The position numbers and the translations under genes are program-made. Below are positions 8,748 to 17,997 of a stretch of 51,820 nt of DNA, one piece after another (position 1 is the stretch's first letter; every line of letters starts with the position of its first letter). The stretch is from Thermoplasmata archaeon. Lineage in GTDB: Archaea > Thermoplasmatota > Thermoplasmata > Lutacidiplasmatales > UBA184. The stretch spans positions 1 to 51,820 of the forward strand of contig DATJZK010000003.1 in the NCBI GenBank assembly GCA_035499145.1. The letters are read 5' to 3'. Under the pieces are notes generated by a model. It was not told the origin of the DNA. It was given only the letters and a program-made list of their open reading frames with translations, and made no database searches.

Positions 8748-9881
8748 ATGGCCGAGGCACCGTCCCCCGTCGCCGCGCGGTCGGACCTCCGCCTCACCCG
8801 GGGGGAGCGCATCTCCATGGCGCTCCTGTACGCCGCGATCGCGGGAGTCACGGTCCTCGCCTTCGCGGCCGCGTTCCGATTCCTGCCCCACCAAGTGCCG
8901 GGCGTCACGACGTCGGGCGGGCTCATCTTCTCCGGCCTCGCGATCACGGCGTACGTTCTGGGACTGCGGCACGGGTTCGATGCCGACCACATCGCGGCGA
9001 TCGACAACACGACGCGGAAGCTCCTGAACGACGGCCAGCGCCCCCTGACGGTCGGGACCTGGTTCTCCCTCGGCCACTCGACGATCGTCTGCGGCATGGT
9101 CGTCGCGCTGGTCGCCGCCTTCGGCTTCGTCCGCGCGCACGTGAACGGCTTCGCCCAGGTCGGAGGGGTCGTGGGAACGCTCGTCTCCGGGGTCTTCCTG
9201 TTCGTCATCGGGCTCGTCAACCTCCTCATCGTGCTCGATGTCTACCGGCTGTTCCGTGGGCTGCGGGACGGCGCGCTCGACCAGGCGGGTCTCGACCGCC
9301 AGATGGAGAACCGGGGATTCCTGTACCGCTACTTCGGACGCCTCTTCCGCGTGATCGAGCGGCCGTCGCAGATCTACCCGATCGGCGTGCTGTTCGGGCT
9401 CGGGTTCGACACCGCGACCGAGATCGTCCTGATCGCGCTCGCCACGAATCTCGCGTTCACGGGGCTGTTCCCGCTCTGGGCGATCCTGATCCTCCCGCTC
9501 CTGTTCACGTGCGGGATGGTCCTCTCGGACACGAGCGACGGCTTCTCGATGCGGTACGCCTACGGCTGGGCGTTCCAGCGTCCGATCCGAAAGATCTACT
9601 ACAACCTCACGCTGACGGTCATCTCCGTCCTCGTCGCCTTCGCGATCGGCGGGGTCGAGCTGCTCCAGGTGCTCAGCGGCGAGCTCGGCTGGGGCGGGCC
9701 GGTCTGGGCGTGGCTCGACGGACTCGACTTCGAGGCGCTCGGGATCGGGATCGTCGCCCTGTTCATCGGCGCGTGGCTGCTCGCGATGCTCATCTACCGG
9801 ATCAAGAGATACGAGTCGCTCGGGTTCGGCCCCGCGCCTCCGGGCCGGAGCGTCCCCGACGACGGAGCGGCTCCGCCGTGA
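8748..9881 (+). CDS. HoxN/HupN/NixA-family nickel/cobalt transporter (NiCoT)
   Basis: Signature RHGFDADHIAAIDNTTRK plus FSLGHSTIV. Multiple hydrophobic helices. Confidence 0.85.
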   Translation: MAEAPSPVAARSDLRLTRGERISMALLYAAIAGVTVLAFAAAFRFLPHQVPGVTTSGGLIFSGLAITAYVLGLRHGFDADHIAAIDNTTRKLLNDGQRPLTVGTWFSLGHSTIVCGMVVALVAAFGFVRAHVNGFAQVGGVVGTLVSGVFLFVIGLVNLLIVLDVYRLFRGLRDGALDQAGLDRQMENRGFLYRYFGRLFRVIERPSQIYPIGVLFGLGFDTATEIVLIALATNLAFTGLFPLWAILILPLLFTCGMVLSDTSDGFSMRYAYGWAFQRPIRKIYYNLTLTVISVLVAFAIGGVELLQVLSGELGWGGPVWAWLDGLDFEALGIGIVALFIGAWLLAMLIYRIKRYESLGFGPAPPGRSVPDDGAAPP

Positions 9882-10339
9882 CGGCGCGCGTCGTTCGCAC
9901 CGCGATCTCGCTCGAACCAGAGCTGCTCGCGGTGCTCGACCGCTGGGTCCTCGCCCGGAACAGCGCCAGCCGCTCGGACGCGGTGCGCGACCTGATCCGA
10001 CGGGAGCTCGCGGGCGAGCAGCTCGCGGACCCTGAGGCCGACGCCCTCGCGGCCGTGGCGCTCCTGTACCGTCACACCGCCCCGAACGTCCAGGCCCGCC
10101 TGACGGCGGCGGAGCACCGCTGGGGGGAGCACGTCCGGTCGGCGACGCACATCCACCTCGAAGGGGAGGCGTGCGCGGAGGTCGTCGTCCTGCTCGGCAA
10201 GCGCCGGGAGGTGGCGGCCGCGGCCGAGGACCTGCGCGGGGTCAAGGGAATCCTCGGCGGGGGCTGGGTGGTCACCTCGCCGTCCGTCGCCGGCGGCCGT
10301 ACCGGCCACCACCACCCGCATCGCCCTCGGGACCGCTGA
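9878..10339 (+). CDS. nikR: nickel-responsive regulator NikR (RHH + ACT-like metal-binding domain)
   Basis: Ribbon-helix-helix N-terminus (RTAISLEPELLAVLDRWV). C-terminal H..HxH......C pattern (EHRWGEHVRSATHIHLEGEAC) and a His-rich tail. The GTG start forms a GTGA overlap with the transporter stop. The track ORF 9509..10339 is over-extended. Confidence 0.8.
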   Translation: MTARVVRTAISLEPELLAVLDRWVLARNSASRSDAVRDLIRRELAGEQLADPEADALAAVALLYRHTAPNVQARLTAAEHRWGEHVRSATHIHLEGEACAEVVVLLGKRREVAAAAEDLRGVKGILGGGWVVTSPSVAGGRTGHHHPHRPRDR

Positions 10340-10346
10340 GGTCGCC

Positions 10347-11426
10347 GTGCGCGCGGGAGCCGAAACCGCGCTCGCCCGTCGTGTCCTCGGGACGAACCTC
10401 TCGCTCCGGCCCCGGGAGCACCTGACGGTCGAGGCGTGGACGCACGCGCTCCCGTGGGCGCGGGCGCTCGTCGTCGAGGCGCACCGGCTCGGCGCCGAAC
10501 CGGTCCTGGCCGTGGACGACGAGGACGCGTTCTTCGAACGGCTCGCGGCCGCGCCGCGGCGGGCGGTGCCGACCGCGTCCCGCGCGTTGCTCCCCGGGGC
10601 GGACGCGTACGTCTACCTCGGGGGGCCGGAAGCGTTCCCTCGGCTGTTCGGCATCGCTCCGGGTGAGCTCCGGGCGATCGCGGACTGGCACGGTCCGGCG
10701 TGGCGGGCGGAAGCGCGTCGACGGCGGGTGCGTGTCGTCCGCCTCGCGATCGCCGACGCGACCTCGGTCGCCGCCGGGCGGTTCGGGGTCGACGCCGACA
10801 CCTGGCGGGACGAGCTGCTCGCGGCGACGACCCTCGCTCCGGACCGGCTCGCACGCGCGGGCGCCGCCGTCGTGCGCGCGTTCGCGGGCGCGCGCCACGT
10901 CCGGATCCGGCATGCCAACGGGACCGACCTGGCCGTGGAGATCGCGACCGGGAGGCTGCGGGCGGACGTCGGTCGGGCGTCCCCGGGGGTGCCCGACGTT
11001 CCGGTCGACCTGCCGGCGGGCCGGGTCGCGGTCCGCCTGCGCCCCCGCCGAACGAACGGGGTCTGGGAGTCGAACCGGCCGACGTACGACCGGTTCGCGG
11101 AGCCGTCGACCTGGCGGGGCGCCCGGTTCGTCCTCGGCGCCGGTCGGCTCCGGGAGTTCTCGTTCGATCGGGGCGGCGAAGCGTTCGCCCTCGGGTACGG
11201 TCGCGGCGGGCGCGGGCGGGATCTCGCTACCGAGCTGATCTTCGGGGTGAATCCCGCGATCGACCGGGCCCCCGAGGTCGGCGAGCTCGCGGCCGGCTCG
11301 GTGACGTTGCGGCTCGGCGGCGGCGCGCGGTTCGGGTTCGGGGCGCGCCTTCACGGGGCCGAGATCGAGATCGATGGGGCGCCGTGGCGGGCCGGCGGCG
11401 GCCGCGGCGCCCGGCGGAACGAATAA
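10347..11426 (+). CDS. M29 (aminopeptidase T/AmpS)-like protein, possibly non-canonical
   Basis: Overall resemblance to the small archaeal M29-type family: N-terminal ALARRVLGTNLSL..EHLTVEAW...LVVEAHRLGAEP and central RIRHANGTDLAVEI. GTG start 7 nt after the nikR stop. Assignment is by eye only. Confidence 0.45.
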   Translation: MRAGAETALARRVLGTNLSLRPREHLTVEAWTHALPWARALVVEAHRLGAEPVLAVDDEDAFFERLAAAPRRAVPTASRALLPGADAYVYLGGPEAFPRLFGIAPGELRAIADWHGPAWRAEARRRRVRVVRLAIADATSVAAGRFGVDADTWRDELLAATTLAPDRLARAGAAVVRAFAGARHVRIRHANGTDLAVEIATGRLRADVGRASPGVPDVPVDLPAGRVAVRLRPRRTNGVWESNRPTYDRFAEPSTWRGARFVLGAGRLREFSFDRGGEAFALGYGRGGRGRDLATELIFGVNPAIDRAPEVGELAAGSVTLRLGGGARFGFGARLHGAEIEIDGAPWRAGGGRGARRNE

Positions 11427-11451
11427 ACGGCGTCGGCCCGTCCGCGCCCCC

Positions 11452-11925
11452 GTGCGCGCGGGCGCCGTCGGTCGCGCGCTGTCCGTCGTCCGGCAAGGGC
11501 TCGAGCTCGGTCTCGAGTACGGACCCCGGTCGGTGGAGTCGATCCTCTGGGTCGCCGAGACGATCGAGGAGTCGGTCTATCTCGCCGGCTCGCTCGTTCG
11601 GAGCGGGGGCACGGTCCGGTTCGAGCTCGGGAACCCTCCGCTGCGGACCGGGGCGTTCTCGGCGGCGCGCCTGGTGTGGGAGCGGCAGCCGGTTCCGCCG
11701 GCCCGACTCCGGCTCCGGCCCGACCCGCGCGGCCCGTGGCGTCCGGCGGACGGCATCACCCCCGACGCCCCGATCTCGCTGCGGGCCGGCGTGCCGATCC
11801 GGGTGGAGGCCGAGGTCCCGGGCGACGACGTCGGGTCGACCGTGACGGTTCGGCTCGAGCTCGAGAGCCGGGCGATTCCGCCGCTCGTCTGGCTCCAGTT
11901 CCGCGACGTGGTGGGTCGAGGATGA
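11452..11925 (+). CDS. hypothetical protein (157 aa)
   Basis: High third-position GC. GTG at 11452 lies 25-30 nt downstream of the AT island gaataaacgg (11421-11430). Its stop overlaps the next gene's ATG (ATGA at 11922-11925). No family recognised. Confidence 0.4.
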   Translation: MRAGAVGRALSVVRQGLELGLEYGPRSVESILWVAETIEESVYLAGSLVRSGGTVRFELGNPPLRTGAFSAARLVWERQPVPPARLRLRPDPRGPWRPADGITPDAPISLRAGVPIRVEAEVPGDDVGSTVTVRLELESRAIPPLVWLQFRDVVGRG

Positions 11926-14135
11926 CCCCCGTCACGTCGTCGGAGGGACCGGCCCCGACCGGCTTTCTGCTCCGCTCCCTCTCCTCGGCGGCGATCGGGG
12001 ATCGTTCGGGGGACCTCACCCTCTATCGGGAGGCGCGGGGAGCGGTCGACGACTGGGGCGGCGTCTTCGGCCAGCTGGTCCGCCTTACCGGAGCCTGGCG
12101 ACTGTCGATCTTCGACGGCACGACGGACCTCGCCCTGTCGGACGCTCCCGGGACGGGTCTTCAGCAGGGCGACCGGTGGCGGAGCGAGCACCGGCTCGGC
12201 CCGCTCCTGCTCCGCCAGGAGATCGCCCCGGTCGCCCGGCCGCCGGGGGTCCTCCGTCGGGTCTGGCTGAGCGCGGCGGACGGTCGCCCGCTCTCCGTCG
12301 TGGTCCACAGCGCCTTCGGCCCGTACCTGCTGCCCGTGATGGTCGAGGGGATTCGGCCCCGGTCGTTCCGCGCCTCGACTACCCGCGATGGGATCGAGAT
12401 CCGGCAGCGGGGGTTCGGACTCTCGGTCCGGAGCTCGCCTCTCCCGGACCGGCTCTACCTCAACCGCGGATCGTGGATCGGCGGTCGGTACACCGGTCCG
12501 ATCCGGGAATTCGGAACCGACCACGAACTCTCGCTCGCCCCGGGCACGACGGCCGAGGTCCGCTGGCTCGTCTCCGGCGGGCTCGAGGCCGACCTCGACC
12601 GCTCCGCCGCGGAGGCGCTCGACGTCCTCGCAGATCCGGAGCCTCGCCTGCGGGCCGCGGAAGCGGCCGAGGCGGCATGGGCCGAGGGGGTGCCGGTCGT
12701 CCGCCTGCCGGACGCTCCTCCGATCGAGGCGGGATACGCGGCCGCGGTCGCGGCCCTTCGGCGGCTGTACTCCGCGCCGGACGACTCGCTGACCGGGCTC
12801 GTCGCCGGGTATCCGTGGTACTCCTCGCTCTGGTGCCGGGATATCGCCTGGATGCTGCCGGCGGTGATCTGGCTGGGCGACTTCGACTGGGCCGCCCGCA
12901 CGATCTCGACGGTGTTCCGATACCGGGCCCGCTCCCCGCTCCCGCTCCTCGGGGGCGAGCCGGGGGAGTTGCCGATGCAGCTCTCCCCCGGGCCGATCTT
13001 CCTCTACGGCACGTCCGACACCTCGCTCTACTATCCCGGGCTCGCCGACCTGTACCGATCGCACTCGGGCGACGACCGGACCGCCGGGGAGTGGCTGCCC
13101 GCGATCCGGGCGGTCGTCGCCTGGGGCTGGGGCCGCAGCGACCCGGCGACCGGGCTCTTCCGCAACGGCGGGGAGGCCGAAGAGATCAGCGCCGCGACGA
13201 GCTCGCTCGGCCGGGTCCACTACGGGATCGATGCGCCCGACACGACGATCTGGGACTCGGCGGACCGCCGCGACCATGCGATCGACGTGCAGGTGCTCTG
13301 GACGGAGGCGCTGCGGGCGTCCGCCCGGCTCGACCCGACCGACGCCGGCGGCCGCTCCGCCGCCGAGCGGGTCGACCGGTCAGAGCGGCTGACGTCGACC
13401 GTGCGCACGGCGTACGACTGGCCCGAGGAGCGCTACCTGTACGATTCGCTCCGCGGGGGGCGACCCGTGGCGCAGGTCCGACCGAACGCGCTCCGCGCGG
13501 TGAGCGGCGGACTGCTCGAGCCGGACCGGGCGCTCCGGCTCGTGCGCCGGGCGGCCGAGGACGACCTGCTCGCCGACTGGGGCGTGCGCACGCTGTCGCG
13601 CCGGGACCCCGGGTATCGGCCGGATGCCTACCATGACGGCCAGGTCTGGACGATCGCCACGCTCTGGGCGGCCGACGCGGCGCTCGCGGCCGGGGAGACG
13701 GAGCTGGGGGTCGAACTGCTCGGACGCGCCGCCGCCCGGTACGCCGCGGAGGGCGGGGGGGCGAACGAATGCTATCGGGGCGATCGCCCCGAGGCGTACA
13801 ACTCCTGCTTCCTCCTGGGGTTGAGCGTCGGGCCGTACATCGCGACCGTCTTCGAGCGGCTCTGGGGGCTCTCGATGGACGCGCACGTACCCCGGCTGAC
13901 CGTCCTCCCCCGCTTCCCCCCGAGCTGGCGCTCCGCCTCGATCGACCGACTCCGCCTCGGGGGCGGCTTCGTCGGCCTCGAGTTCGCCCGCCCGCGGCTG
14001 ACCGTCCGGTGGAGCGGACCGAGGTCGCTCGCCGTCTCCACGACTGCGGGCGAGGACGCGGTGCCGCCCGGCGGCGCCGTCACGCGCGAGCTCCCCGAGG
14101 GGTCGATCGGGGGCGGGGAGCGCAGGGTTTCATAG
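11922..14135 (+). CDS. amylo-alpha-1,6-glucosidase / glycogen-debranching-enzyme-like (six-hairpin glycosidase) protein
   Basis: GDE_C-like region: GLVAGYPWYSSLWCRDIAWMLPAVIWLGDF, WGVRTLSRRDPGYRPDAYHDGQVWTIATLW. Track ORF 11676..14135 trimmed to the ATG at 11922. Confidence 0.65.
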   Translation: MTPVTSSEGPAPTGFLLRSLSSAAIGDRSGDLTLYREARGAVDDWGGVFGQLVRLTGAWRLSIFDGTTDLALSDAPGTGLQQGDRWRSEHRLGPLLLRQEIAPVARPPGVLRRVWLSAADGRPLSVVVHSAFGPYLLPVMVEGIRPRSFRASTTRDGIEIRQRGFGLSVRSSPLPDRLYLNRGSWIGGRYTGPIREFGTDHELSLAPGTTAEVRWLVSGGLEADLDRSAAEALDVLADPEPRLRAAEAAEAAWAEGVPVVRLPDAPPIEAGYAAAVAALRRLYSAPDDSLTGLVAGYPWYSSLWCRDIAWMLPAVIWLGDFDWAARTISTVFRYRARSPLPLLGGEPGELPMQLSPGPIFLYGTSDTSLYYPGLADLYRSHSGDDRTAGEWLPAIRAVVAWGWGRSDPATGLFRNGGEAEEISAATSSLGRVHYGIDAPDTTIWDSADRRDHAIDVQVLWTEALRASARLDPTDAGGRSAAERVDRSERLTSTVRTAYDWPEERYLYDSLRGGRPVAQVRPNALRAVSGGLLEPDRALRLVRRAAEDDLLADWGVRTLSRRDPGYRPDAYHDGQVWTIATLWAADAALAAGETELGVELLGRAAARYAAEGGGANECYRGDRPEAYNSCFLLGLSVGPYIATVFERLWGLSMDAHVPRLTVLPRFPPSWRSASIDRLRLGGGFVGLEFARPRLTVRWSGPRSLAVSTTAGEDAVPPGGAVTRELPEGSIGGGERRVS

Positions 14136-14136
14136 G
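14127..14136 (+). promoter_or_regulatory. TATA-like element (gtttcatagg) upstream of ABC transporter genes
   Basis: AT island overlapping the upstream TAG stop, 22-30 nt before the ATG at 14158. Confidence 0.35.
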
Positions 14137-14157
14137 CCCGCCCGGTGCCTCGGTCGG

Positions 14158-15090
14158 ATGGCCGACGCGATCGAGGTCCGTGACCTCGTCAAGCGGTACG
14201 ACGATCTCACGGCCGTGGACGGGATCTCGTTCTCCGTCCCGGCGGGAAGCGTCTTCTCCTTCCTCGGGCCGAACGGCGCCGGCAAGACGACCACGGTCGA
14301 GATCCTCGAGGGGCTCCGCCGCCGTTCCTCCGGCGAGGTCCAGGTCCTGGGGCTCGACCCGTGGACGGACGGTCGGGCGCTCCACGCCCGGGTCGGCGTC
14401 ATCCCGCAGGAGTTCCGGTTCTTCGAGAAGATCACCCCCGGCGAGGCGGTCGCCTACTACCGCGCGCTGTTCCGCAGCCGGGTCGACGCGGCCGAGCTGC
14501 TCGCGCGGGTGGAGCTCCTCGACAAGAAGGACGCCCGGTACGACCAGCTGTCGGGCGGCCAGAAGCAGAAGCTCGGGCTCGCGCTCGCGCTCTCGAACGA
14601 CCCCGAGATCTGCTTTTTGGACGAGCCGACGACCGGGCTCGACCCGCACGCCCGCCGGGCGATCTGGCACGTCATCCGATCGCTGAAGGCGGCCGGCCGC
14701 ACGGTCTTCCTGACGACCCACTACCTGGAGGAGGCCGAGCTGCTCAGCGACCGGGTCGCGATCATCCACCACGGCCGCATCATCGCGGTCGGCACGCCGT
14801 CCGAGATCATCGCCGCGCACGGGCAGAAGACCCGGCTCGAGCTCGAAGCGCCGCCCGCGCTCGCCGACTATCTCTCGAAGGCCCTGGGCGGCGGCGTTCG
14901 GGCGGAGGCGGGCCGGGTGATCGTCGAGCTCGGCGACCCCCACGACGCCCTGCGCGTCCTCACCGCGGCGGAAGCGAGCGGGCTCCCCTGGACGTCGTTC
15001 GCGACGGAGCGGGACACCCTCGAGGACGTCTTCGTTCGGCTCGTCGGCCGGATGGACGACGGGGCGCTCAAGGCGGAGGGACCGGCGTGA
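14158..15090 (+). CDS. ABC transporter ATP-binding protein (ABC-2 exporter type)
   Basis: Walker A GPNGAGKTT, signature LSGGQKQKLGLA, Walker B CFLDEPTTGLD. Confidence 0.9.
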   Translation: MADAIEVRDLVKRYDDLTAVDGISFSVPAGSVFSFLGPNGAGKTTTVEILEGLRRRSSGEVQVLGLDPWTDGRALHARVGVIPQEFRFFEKITPGEAVAYYRALFRSRVDAAELLARVELLDKKDARYDQLSGGQKQKLGLALALSNDPEICFLDEPTTGLDPHARRAIWHVIRSLKAAGRTVFLTTHYLEEAELLSDRVAIIHHGRIIAVGTPSEIIAAHGQKTRLELEAPPALADYLSKALGGGVRAEAGRVIVELGDPHDALRVLTAAEASGLPWTSFATERDTLEDVFVRLVGRMDDGALKAEGPA

Positions 15091-16196
15091 ACGGCCGTCG
15101 GATCGGCGCCGACATCCGGGTCGTGGCCCGCGGCTACTACCGCAACCCGGCGGCGCTGTTCTTCTCGCTGATCTTCCCGCTGATCCTGATCGGACTGTTC
15201 GGCCTGATCTTCTCGTCGACCGGCTCCGGGGCGGTGACGGTCTACGTCCTCAACGAGGACCACCACGCCGCGAGCACGCAGTTCCTGAGCGCCCTCAACA
15301 ACACGACGATCGTGAAGGTCCAGGTCGTCACGGACCCCTCCGTCACCCCCGCCTCGTTCGCCGGCTGGCTCGGGCAGAACGGGGACCCGGTCGGGCTCGT
15401 CATCCCGGCGGACTTCTCGCAGAACGTCTCGAACGCCACGCCGGTCGACGTCACGGTCTTCTCGAACCCGCAGGACGCCTCGGCGGGCGGGGAGGCGCTG
15501 TTCGCCGTCGCGGGCGTCGCGAACCAGTTCAACCTCGCCCTCGCCCACGGCTCCCCCGTGATCGAGGTGCCGCCGGCGAAGGGGGTCGGGAGCACGATCT
15601 ACACGTACATCGACTACCTGATCCCGGGGCTGATCGGCTTCTCGATCCTGACGAGCCCGATGTTCTCGATGGTCGACGTCACCTCGTCGTACCGCAAGGA
15701 GGGCCTGTTCCGCCAGCTCTCCCTGACCCCGCTCACCCGCGGCGAGTGGCTCACGTCCCGGATCCTCTGGTACGTCCTCCTCACCTTCGCGGCCGCGGCG
15801 ATCGTGCTCGCGGTCGGGCGCGGCGGGTTCGGGGCCCACGAGACGGTCGGGGTCGGCCTGCTGCCGTTCCTGGTCGCGGGGCCGTTCTTCTTCGTCTCGC
15901 TCGGGATGCTCGCCGGCGCCGCCGCCCCGACGCCCGAGAGCGCGGCCGTGATCGGGAACATCATCACGTTCCCGATGATGTTCCTCTCCGGGACGTTCTT
16001 CCCGGTCTCCCAATTTCCCGGGGGGCTGCAGGAGTTCGCCCACATCCTGCCGCTGTACTACGTCATCGACGGGATGAACCAGGTGATGCTGTTCCACAAC
16101 ACCGCCCGGGCGGCCACCGACCTCGCGATCGTCGTCGTCGCCGGGGCGGTCGTCTTCCTGCTGGCGATCCGCCTGTTCCGCTGGAGGGACGAGTGA
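15087..16196 (+). CDS. ABC-2 family transporter permease
   Basis: VNGRRIGADIRVVARGYYRNPAALFFSLIFPLILIGLFG..., a large extracytoplasmic loop, then about 5 C-terminal TM helices. GTGA overlap with the ATPase stop. The 5' part of track ORF 14361..16196 is a shadow frame. Confidence 0.8.
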   Translation: MNGRRIGADIRVVARGYYRNPAALFFSLIFPLILIGLFGLIFSSTGSGAVTVYVLNEDHHAASTQFLSALNNTTIVKVQVVTDPSVTPASFAGWLGQNGDPVGLVIPADFSQNVSNATPVDVTVFSNPQDASAGGEALFAVAGVANQFNLALAHGSPVIEVPPAKGVGSTIYTYIDYLIPGLIGFSILTSPMFSMVDVTSSYRKEGLFRQLSLTPLTRGEWLTSRILWYVLLTFAAAAIVLAVGRGGFGAHETVGVGLLPFLVAGPFFFVSLGMLAGAAAPTPESAAVIGNIITFPMMFLSGTFFPVSQFPGGLQEFAHILPLYYVIDGMNQVMLFHNTARAATDLAIVVVAGAVVFLLAIRLFRWRDE

Positions 16197-16729
16197 GCGG
16201 GTCGATCGCCCCCGAGTTCCGCCGGGCGATGGGTCGGTGGGCGACCGGGGTGACGGTCGTGACCGCGCACGACGGCACGATCGACGCTGGCCTCACGGTC
16301 AACGCCTTCCTGTCGGTCTCCCTCCGACCGCCGTCGGTCCTCGTCAGCCTCCAGGACGACGTCGACACGCTCCCGATCGTCGAGCGGGCGCGCGCCTTTG
16401 CGGTCAACGTCCTCGCGGCCGACCAGCGCCCGGTGAGCGACCGGTTCGCCCAGGCGGTCCCGTCGGAGCAGAAGTTCCGCGACCTGCCCGTGCGCCGCGG
16501 AGCCTCCGGCGCGGCGCTGCTCGAGGGGACGCTCGGGGCCTTCGAGTGCCGGGTCGTGTCGATCGCCCCCGCCTTCGACCATCGGCTCGTCGTCGGGGAG
16601 GTGACCGCGATCCACCCCGGACGCGACGCCCCTCCGCTCGTCTTCTTCCGCTCCGGCTACGGCACGGCGGAGGCGGAGGACCGGATCCGGCTCCCCCCTC
16701 GCTCGCCGACCCCGAACGACGTCCGCTGA
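16193..16729 (+). CDS. flavin reductase family protein
   Basis: FRRAMGRWATGVTVVTAHDG...GLTVNAFLSVSLRPP matches the flavin-reductase-like domain pattern. GTGA overlap with the permease stop. Confidence 0.8.
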   Translation: MSGSIAPEFRRAMGRWATGVTVVTAHDGTIDAGLTVNAFLSVSLRPPSVLVSLQDDVDTLPIVERARAFAVNVLAADQRPVSDRFAQAVPSEQKFRDLPVRRGASGAALLEGTLGAFECRVVSIAPAFDHRLVVGEVTAIHPGRDAPPLVFFRSGYGTAEAEDRIRLPPRSPTPNDVR

Positions 16730-16754
16730 CGGAGTCGCCCGCGGGGGCTCGGCG

Positions 16755-16762
16755 ATTTATCC
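16755..16762 (+). promoter_or_regulatory. TATA-like element (atttatcc) upstream of trxB
   Basis: 23-30 nt upstream of the ATG at 16785 and the only AT island in the gap. Confidence 0.45.
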
Positions 16763-16784
16763 TACCGTCGGTCGGTCCTCGACG

Positions 16785-17756
16785 ATGCCCGAGAGCCCCC
16801 GGGCGACCCGCGTCGCGATCATCGGAAGCGGCCCGGCCGGCCTCACCGCGGCGCTGTACTGCGCCCGGGCGGAGCTGAAGCCCCTCGTCCTGACCGGCGT
16901 GCCGTCCGGCGGCCAGCTCCTGATCACGACGGACGTCGAGAACTTCCCCGGCTTCCCCGACGGGATCCAGGGGCCGGAGCTGGTCGACCGGATGCGCCGC
17001 CAGGCGGAGCGGTTCGGGGCGGTGCTGATCGACGACAACGTGACGCGGGTCGACCTCGGGCACCGCCCGTTCGAGCTCGCGACCGGCACCCACGGAACGG
17101 TGCGCGCGGAGGCCGTGATCGTCGCGACCGGCGCGAACGCGCGGTGGCTCGGCCTCCCGTCCGAGGAGCGGCTGAAGGGCCACGGCATCAGCGCCTGCGC
17201 GACGTGCGACGGGTTCTTCTTCAAGGGCCGCGAGCTCGCCGTGGTCGGCGGCGGCGACTCCGCGATGGAGGAGGCGCTGTTCCTCACCAACTTCGCGACC
17301 CACGTCACCGTGATCCACCGTCGCGACCGCCTGCGTGCGAGCTCGATCATGCAGGATCGGGCCCGTCGCCACCCGAAGATCTCCTTCCGCCTGAACAGCC
17401 AGGTCGTCGAGGTGCTCGGGGGCGAGACGGTCGAAGGGGTGCGGCTCGCCCCGGCCGCCGGCGGCCCGACGACCGACCTGAAGGTCGGGGGCCTGTTCGT
17501 CGCGATCGGCCACGATCCGGCCACGGAGGTGTTCCGCGGCGCGCTCGCCCTCGACCCCGAGGGGTACGTCGTCGTGCGCGACGGGACGCGGACGAGCGTC
17601 GACGGCGTCTTCGCGGCCGGGGACGTCCACGACCGACGGTACCGTCAGGCGGTGAGCGCGGCCGGCTCGGGCTGCATGGCGGCGATCGACGCCGAACGGT
17701 GGCTCGCGGAGCGCGACGCCTCCGAGGGCGGAGCGCGTCCGCCGGATAGACTTTAA
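16785..17756 (+). CDS. trxB: thioredoxin-disulfide reductase
   Basis: GSGPAGLTAALY, redox-active CATCDG, GGGDSAMEEA, HRRD. Confidence 0.9.
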   Translation: MPESPRATRVAIIGSGPAGLTAALYCARAELKPLVLTGVPSGGQLLITTDVENFPGFPDGIQGPELVDRMRRQAERFGAVLIDDNVTRVDLGHRPFELATGTHGTVRAEAVIVATGANARWLGLPSEERLKGHGISACATCDGFFFKGRELAVVGGGDSAMEEALFLTNFATHVTVIHRRDRLRASSIMQDRARRHPKISFRLNSQVVEVLGGETVEGVRLAPAAGGPTTDLKVGGLFVAIGHDPATEVFRGALALDPEGYVVVRDGTRTSVDGVFAAGDVHDRRYRQAVSAAGSGCMAAIDAERWLAERDASEGGARPPDRL

Positions 17757-17760
17757 TATC
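17751..17760 (+). promoter_or_regulatory. TATA-like element (ctttaatatc) upstream of ferredoxin-GGR pair
   Basis: Overlaps the trxB TAA, 30-39 nt before the GTG at 17790. A GGGGAG Shine-Dalgarno-like motif lies 7 nt upstream of that GTG. Confidence 0.4.
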
Positions 17761-17789
17761 GCGGCGCCCGGTCCTTCGGGGAGTCCGCG

Positions 17790-17981
17790 GTGCCGAGCAA
17801 GAAGAGCCTGCATATCGAGTCGTCCGGGCAGCTCTGCATCTACTGCGGGGCGTGCGTCGGGATCTGCCCGCTGAACTGCATCTACCTCGACGAGACGCGG
17901 ATCACGTTCGACGAAGGGGTCTGCACGCGGTGCGAGATCTGCGTGAAGGCGTGCCCCGTCGGCGCGATCGAGATCGGCTGA
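17790..17981 (+). CDS. 2x[4Fe-4S] ferredoxin
   Basis: Two CxxCxxCxxxCP clusters: CIYCGACVGICP and CTRCEICVKACP. Confidence 0.85.
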   Translation: MPSKKSLHIESSGQLCIYCGACVGICPLNCIYLDETRITFDEGVCTRCEICVKACPVGAIEIG

Positions 17982-17997
17982 GCGGGGGGCGAGGCCC

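Noticed and set aside
14361-16196. 611-aa ORF suggesting a fused ATPase-permease ABC protein
   Set aside because: Its first about 240 codons are an out-of-frame R/P/G-rich shadow over the genuine ATPase gene (14158..15090). The permease sequence begins at the GTG at 15087, in a GTGA junction.
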